Under the pieces are notes generated by a model. That model ran no database searches. It was not told the origin of the DNA and saw only the letters and a program-made list of their open reading frames with translations. Positions 27,363-32,000 of a stretch of 32,000 nucleotides of DNA are shown here, one piece after another. Position numbers and translations under genes: made by a program. Source of the stretch: Vibrio vulnificus CMCP6 (GTDB lineage: Bacteria; Pseudomonadota; Gammaproteobacteria; Enterobacterales; Vibrionaceae); NCBI RefSeq assembly GCF_000039765.1, contig NC_004459.3, positions 3,076,104 through 3,108,103 on the forward strand, written 5' to 3'. Every line of letters begins with the position of its first letter. Within the stretch, counting starts at the first letter, position 1.

Positions 27363-30074
27363 TTACTCTTGGTCGGCTGCGTCATCGTTGTCTGCTTGAG
27401 GATCTTGTGCCTGAGGTGCTTGCTCAGTCGCTTCCGTTGCGTCCGCTTCTTCGCCTTCTGGCAACTCAGTTTCTTCAACTTCATCAATGCGCTGTAAGCC
27501 CACGACCGATTCGTCTTCTGCAGTACGGATCAGGGTGACACCTTGAGTGTTACGACCCACTTGGCTCACTTCCGCCACACGAGTACGTACTAGTGTACCA
27601 GCGTCCGTGATCATCATGAATTCGTCACCGTCTTCAACTTGAACCGCACCAACAACACTACCGTTACGCTCAGAAACCTTAATAGACACAACACCCTGAG
27701 TGCCGCGGCCTTTGGTTGGGTACTCTGAAAGCACAGTACGTTTACCGTAACCGTTTTCAGTCACAGTAAGGACATCGCCGTCATTCTTCGGTACGATCAG
27801 TGACACAACTTGATCGCCATCAGCGAGTTTCATACCACGAACACCTGCCGCGGTACGGCCCATAGGACGCACGCCTTTGAACTTGATCTCTGGCTGACCG
27901 TTCTCATCAAGAGCTGGGTTACCATTTTCATCCAGTACTGGGCTCTCTTCTGCTTCTTTGAAGCGCACCACTTTACCAAATTTAGAGAACAGCATGATTT
28001 CGCTTTCGCCGTCAGTGATATCAACACCAATCAGCGAATCTTCATCACGTAGGTTCACAGCGATAAGACCATTTGCACGAACGTTGGAGAATTGATCAAG
28101 TGAGGTCTTCTTCACCGTACCATCGCCAGTTGCCATGAAGATAAACTTGTCAGCACTGAACTCTGTTACCGGTAGAATAGCCGTAATACGTTCGCTTTCT
28201 TCCAGCGGTAGTAGGTTCACAATTGGCTTACCACGAGCCGTGCGGCTGGCGAGAGGCAATTGATATACTTTCAGGCGGTAAGTCTTACCACGTGTTGAGA
28301 ACAACAAAATGTTGTCGTGCGTGTTCGCTACCAATAGACGTTCGATGTAATCTTCATCTTTCATCTTGGTTGCGCTCTTACCCTTACCACCACGACGCTG
28401 TGCTTCGTAGTCGCTTAGAATTTGGTACTTAACGTAACCTTCGTGAGAAAGCGTCACAACAACGTCTTCACGAGCGATCAGCTCTTCAAGATCAATGTCA
28501 TGGCTCGCAGCGGTGATTTCAGTACGACGTACATCGCCGAATGCATCACGAACCATTTCAAGTTCTTCGCGAATCACTTCCATCAAACGTTCAGTGCTTG
28601 CAAGGATATGCATCAACTCTTTGATTTCGTCTAATAGCGCTTTGTACTCGTCTAGGATCTTCTCGTGCTCTAGGCCTGTCAGTTTATGTAGGCGTAGATC
28701 AAGGATCGCTTGCGCTTGGGTTTCCGTTAGGAAGTACTGACCATCACGGATGCCATATTGAGGTTCAAGCCAATCTGGACGAGCAGCGTCAGTTCCGGCG
28801 CTTTCAAGCATGGCAGCTACGTTGCCCAGATCCCAGCCACGAGCCACTAAGCCCGCTTTCGCTTCTGCAGGAGTCGCTGCGTTACGGATCAATTCGATGA
28901 TTTCATCGATGTTCGCAAGAGCCAGCGCCAACGCTTCAAGGATATGGGCACGATCGCGTGCTTTCTTCAACTCGAAGATAGTACGACGAGTGACGACTTC
29001 ACGACGGTGATCAACGAAGCACTTCAACATCTCTTTCAAGTTGAATAGCTTTGGCTGGCCGTTATCAAGCGCAACCATGTTGATGCCGAAAGTCGTTTGC
29101 AGCTGAGTTTGGGCGTAAAGGTTGTTTAGAACCACTTCACCCACTGCGTCGCGCTTACATTCAATAACAATGCGCATACCGTCTTTGTCCGACTCGTCGC
29201 GCAGTGCACTGATGCCTTCTACTTTCTTATCTTTCACTAGCTCAGCGATCTTTTCGATCAAACGAGCTTTGTTCACTTGATATGGGATCTCAGTAACGAT
29301 GATGGTTTCTTTGCCATTCTTCTCGACTTCGATTTCCGCTTTTGAACGCATGTAGATTTTGCCGCGACCAGTTTTGTACGCGTCAATAATGCCTTTACGT
29401 CCGCTAATCAAAGCAGCCGTAGGGAAATCTGGACCAGGAATGTAATCCATCAGCTCATCAATCGTGATGGCTTCGTTATTGATGTATGCAAGGCAGCCAT
29501 CAATCACTTCCGTCAAGTTGTGCGGAGGAATGTTGGTTGCCATACCTACTGCGATACCGGAAGAACCGTTGACCAGCAGGTTTGGAATTTTCGTAGGAAG
29601 AACCGCTGGGATCTGTTCTGTACCGTCATAGTTCGGCACGTAATCCACGGTTTCTTTATCTAGGTCAGCCAAAAGCTCGTGGGCGATTTTCGCCATGCGA
29701 ACTTCGGTATAACGCATTGCTGCCGCGGAGTCACCATCGATCGAACCAAAGTTACCTTGGCCATCGACCAGCATGTAACGTAGCGAGAACGGTTGTGCCA
29801 TACGCACGATGGTGTCGTATACCGCACTGTCACCATGAGGGTGATATTTACCGATTACGTCGCCGACGACACGGGCAGATTTTTTATATGGTTTATTCCA
29901 GTCGTTGCCTAGTACATTCATCGCGTAAAGCACGCGGCGGTGTACTGGTTTTAGGCCATCACGCACATCCGGAAGAGCACGACCCACGATAACGGACATC
30001 GCGTAGTCAAGGTATGAACCTCTTAGCTCATCTTCAATGTTTACGGGCGTGATCTCTTTAGCTAGATCGCTCAT
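27363..30074 (-). CDS. gyrA: DNA gyrase subunit A
   Basis: [67 protein letters not shown]-terminal GyrA-box [12 protein letters not shown]-type sequence. Confidence 0.98.
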   Translation of the reverse strand: MSDLAKEITPVNIEDELRGSYLDYAMSVIVGRALPDVRDGLKPVHRRVLYAMNVLGNDWNKPYKKSARVVGDVIGKYHPHGDSAVYDTIVRMAQPFSLRYMLVDGQGNFGSIDGDSAAAMRYTEVRMAKIAHELLADLDKETVDYVPNYDGTEQIPAVLPTKIPNLLVNGSSGIAVGMATNIPPHNLTEVIDGCLAYINNEAITIDELMDYIPGPDFPTAALISGRKGIIDAYKTGRGKIYMRSKAEIEVEKNGKETIIVTEIPYQVNKARLIEKIAELVKDKKVEGISALRDESDKDGMRIVIECKRDAVGEVVLNNLYAQTQLQTTFGINMVALDNGQPKLFNLKEMLKCFVDHRREVVTRRTIFELKKARDRAHILEALALALANIDEIIELIRNAATPAEAKAGLVARGWDLGNVAAMLESAGTDAARPDWLEPQYGIRDGQYFLTETQAQAILDLRLHKLTGLEHEKILDEYKALLDEIKELMHILASTERLMEVIREELEMVRDAFGDVRRTEITAASHDIDLEELIAREDVVVTLSHEGYVKYQILSDYEAQRRGGKGKSATKMKDEDYIERLLVANTHDNILLFSTRGKTYRLKVYQLPLASRTARGKPIVNLLPLEESERITAILPVTEFSADKFIFMATGDGTVKKTSLDQFSNVRANGLIAVNLRDEDSLIGVDITDGESEIMLFSKFGKVVRFKEAEESPVLDENGNPALDENGQPEIKFKGVRPMGRTAAGVRGMKLADGDQVVSLIVPKNDGDVLTVTENGYGKRTVLSEYPTKGRGTQGVVSIKVSERNGSVVGAVQVEDGDEFMMITDAGTLVRTRVAEVSQVGRNTQGVTLIRTAEDESVVGLQRIDEVEETELPEGEEADATEATEQAPQAQDPQADNDDAADQE

Positions 30075-30363
30075 AGAGCCATTATCCCTCTATTTTCTGA
30101 TCGTATGTACAATACGTGTAAGGTGCAAAAATATAACACACAATTCCCTAGTTCGGCATCACTTTCCCTGTCCTTTTATCAGGTTGTGACCTCGGTTGAG
30201 AATCAATCGAAGAGAAATTGCACATTTTTTGTCTATGCTGCTGATAAAGGGTGTAATTTTGACCAGTTCAGCACAAAAAGCAGTTTCTCTATGGAGGAAA
30301 AAAGCGAAGGCGTTATAATGCCGTCCTATTTTCAAGGAAGCAGAATCACCCAGAGCAGCGCTT

Positions 30364-31071
30364 ATGACTAAAACACAAAACGTTGACCCAAACGAAATCA
30401 AAAAATTCGAAGACATGGCTTCTCGCTGGTGGGACTTGGAAGGTGAGTTTAAACCACTTCACCAAATCAACCCGTTGCGTCTGGATTACGTACTGTCAAA
30501 AGCAGATGGTTTATTTGGCAAGAAAGTGCTCGATGTCGGCTGCGGCGGTGGCATTTTAGCCGAAAGCATGGCAAAAGAAGGCGCTGTTGTGACGGGATTG
30601 GACATGGGCAAAGAACCCCTTGAGGTTGCTCGTCTGCATGCTCTTGAAACCGGTACCAAACTCACGTATATCCAAAGCACTATTGAAGATCACGCGGCTG
30701 AAAATGCACAAATGTACGATGTCGTGACATGCATGGAAATGCTAGAGCACGTTCCCGATCCACTGTCTGTGATTCGTTCTTGTGCTGCACTGGTTAAACC
30801 GGGTGGCCACGTGTTCTTTTCTACCTTAAATCGCAATATCAAATCGTATCTGTTTGCGATTGTTGGTGCGGAGAAACTGTTGAAAATCGTTCCCGAAGGG
30901 ACGCACGACCATGACAAGTTCATCCGTCCTTCTGAATTGATTAAGATGATCGACCAAACCGATTTGTGTGAACAAGGCATCACAGGCTTGCACTACAACC
31001 CTCTGAGCGACACCTACAAATTGGGGCGTAATGTTGATGTCAATTACATCGTTCACACTCAGAAATTCTAA
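30364..31071 (+). CDS. ubiG: UbiG, ubiquinone biosynthesis O-methyltransferase
   Basis: [45 protein letters not shown]-binding VLDVGCGGG; adjacent divergent gyrA. Confidence 0.95.
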   Translation: MTKTQNVDPNEIKKFEDMASRWWDLEGEFKPLHQINPLRLDYVLSKADGLFGKKVLDVGCGGGILAESMAKEGAVVTGLDMGKEPLEVARLHALETGTKLTYIQSTIEDHAAENAQMYDVVTCMEMLEHVPDPLSVIRSCAALVKPGGHVFFSTLNRNIKSYLFAIVGAEKLLKIVPEGTHDHDKFIRPSELIKMIDQTDLCEQGITGLHYNPLSDTYKLGRNVDVNYIVHTQKF

Positions 31072-31093
31072 AGTAAAGTGAATGTAATTTTTA

Positions 31094-31128
31094 AAGGCAG
31101 TAGCACAAAACTACTGCCTTTTTTAGTT
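31094..31128 (+). terminator. Rho-independent terminator of ubiG
   Basis: AAAGGCAGTAG-CACAAAA-CTACTGCCTTTTTT. Confidence 0.88.
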
Positions 31129-31326
31129 AAAGCATGCACGTTTTTTGTGCTTGCGATTCCATTTTAACCAAGCCAGTTTTCGCATACAAAAAAGCATAAA
31201 GATCAAGAAAAATATTTTCGTTTGCGGTTAAGAATAAACCGATCCAAAAATCACACTTTTCTTCATCCAAGTGCGCTCTTTTCTCATCGGTAAGTGTTTA
31301 CTTACAGTTTTTTGTAATTTTGCAAG

Positions 31327-31335
31327 TTATCCACA
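31327..31335 (+). promoter_or_regulatory. DnaA box upstream of nrdA
   Basis: Perfect TTATCCACA. Confidence 0.6.
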
Positions 31336-31355
31336 AGTCATCCAGAGTCTGTGCC

Positions 31356-31384
31356 TTGAAAACCGATGCCAATAGCACTATCTT
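31356..31384 (+). promoter_or_regulatory. Candidate nrdA sigma70 promoter
   Basis: TTGAAA, 17-nt spacer, TATCTT. Confidence 0.4.
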
Positions 31385-31404
31385 GTAACCCGAAAACATT
31401 AGTA

Positions 31405-31441
31405 CCCCTATATGTTGTGTTTGAACTACAATATGTAGATA
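31405..31441. promoter_or_regulatory. Two NrdR-like boxes
   Basis: CCCCTATATGTTGTGT (31405-31420) and CTACAATATGTAGATA (31426-31441), 21-nt phasing, resembling ACACWATATATWGTGT. Confidence 0.55.
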
Positions 31442-31538
31442 GACTTTGATCACAAAGCCACGAAGAAATTTACAGTTGTTTCAATAGAAACACACAAAAA
31501 TAAGGCTTTTATCAGTTTTGTTAGGGAAAGAAAGCAGA

Positions 31539-32000
31539 ATGAACCAACAACTTACCGTCACCAAGCGTGATGGCCGTAAAGAAAACATCGATCTAGAGAA
31601 GCTCCATCGCGTGATTACTTGGGCCGCCGAAGGCCTAGACAACGTCTCTGTTTCACAAGTAGAACTGCGCGCTCACATTCAGTTCTATGATGGCATCACG
31701 ACGAGCGATATCCACGAGACTATCATCAAATCTGCTGCTGACTTGATTTCTGAAGAGACGCCAGATTACCAATATTTGGCGGCTCGTCTTGCAGTCTTCC
31801 ACTTGCGTAAAAAAGCATACGGTCAATATGAGCCACCAACGCTGTACGATCACGTTGCGCGCCTCGTTGATATGGGTAAATACGACAAGCATATCCTTGA
31901 AGACTATACCAAAGCAGAGCTCGATGAGCTGGATGCTTACCTCGATCATAAACGTGACCTCGATTTCTCTTACGCGGCTGTAAAACAGCTTGAAGGTAAG
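31539..32000 (+). CDS. nrdA: Ribonucleoside-diphosphate reductase alpha subunit (5' part only)
   Basis: Forward translation from ATG 31539: MNQQLTVTKRDGRKENIDLEKLHRVITWAAEGLDNVSVSQVELRAHIQFYDG..., ATP-cone N-terminus; open to window end. Confidence 0.96.
   Translation, partial: MNQQLTVTKRDGRKENIDLEKLHRVITWAAEGLDNVSVSQVELRAHIQFYDGITTSDIHETIIKSAADLISEETPDYQYLAARLAVFHLRKKAYGQYEPPTLYDHVARLVDMGKYDKHILEDYTKAELDELDAYLDHKRDLDFSYAAVKQLEGK

Noticed and set aside
26770-29010. Plus-strand ORFs overlapping nrfG and gyrA
   Set aside because: Shadows of strongly supported genes; no independent motif or ribosome-binding site.
1-32000. CRISPR array, prophage, integron, toxin-antitoxin or defence island
   Set aside because: No regularly spaced repeats, integrase or transposase-like ORFs, or defence-type domains found; gene content is conserved chromosomal.

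Overview
Gammaproteobacterial (Vibrio-like) chromosomal window, almost entirely housekeeping or respiratory. I see no CRISPR array, prophage, transposon, rRNA or tRNA that I can support. Order: fabH (partial), plsX, rpmF and yceD (minus); maf/yceF (plus); rluC (minus); long leader plus rne (plus); SulP transporter (plus); low-MW Tyr phosphatase (minus); cob(I)alamin adenosyltransferase (plus); asmA-like and udk (minus); mrp/apbC (minus); metG (plus); an uncharacterised membrane-anchored helical protein (plus); an nrf cytochrome c nitrite reductase cluster (nrfF/ccmH-like, dsbE/ccmG-like, nrfE, nrfD, nrfC, nrfB on minus; nrfA divergent on plus; a 76-aa membrane protein and an NrfG-like TPR protein on minus); gyrA (minus); ubiG (plus); nrdA start (plus, partial). 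Strongest anomaly: the twin-arginine signal peptide of NrfC (MSCSRRNFLAGGG...) is encoded in a different frame from the ferredoxin body. This is consistent with a single missing G near 23458, or with recoding. Other items worth a look: a stacked NarP/CRP/FNR-like promoter upstream of nrfA; a sigma54-like promoter with an upstream palindrome in front of the uncharacterised ORF at 17816; an unlisted 58-aa GTG-start ORF at 18726-18902; a DnaA box and NrdR-like boxes upstream of nrdA; and the rne leader with a perfect DnaA box. I do not find convincing evidence for a wholly new multi-gene system. All family calls come from motif recognition by eye; no database search was run.
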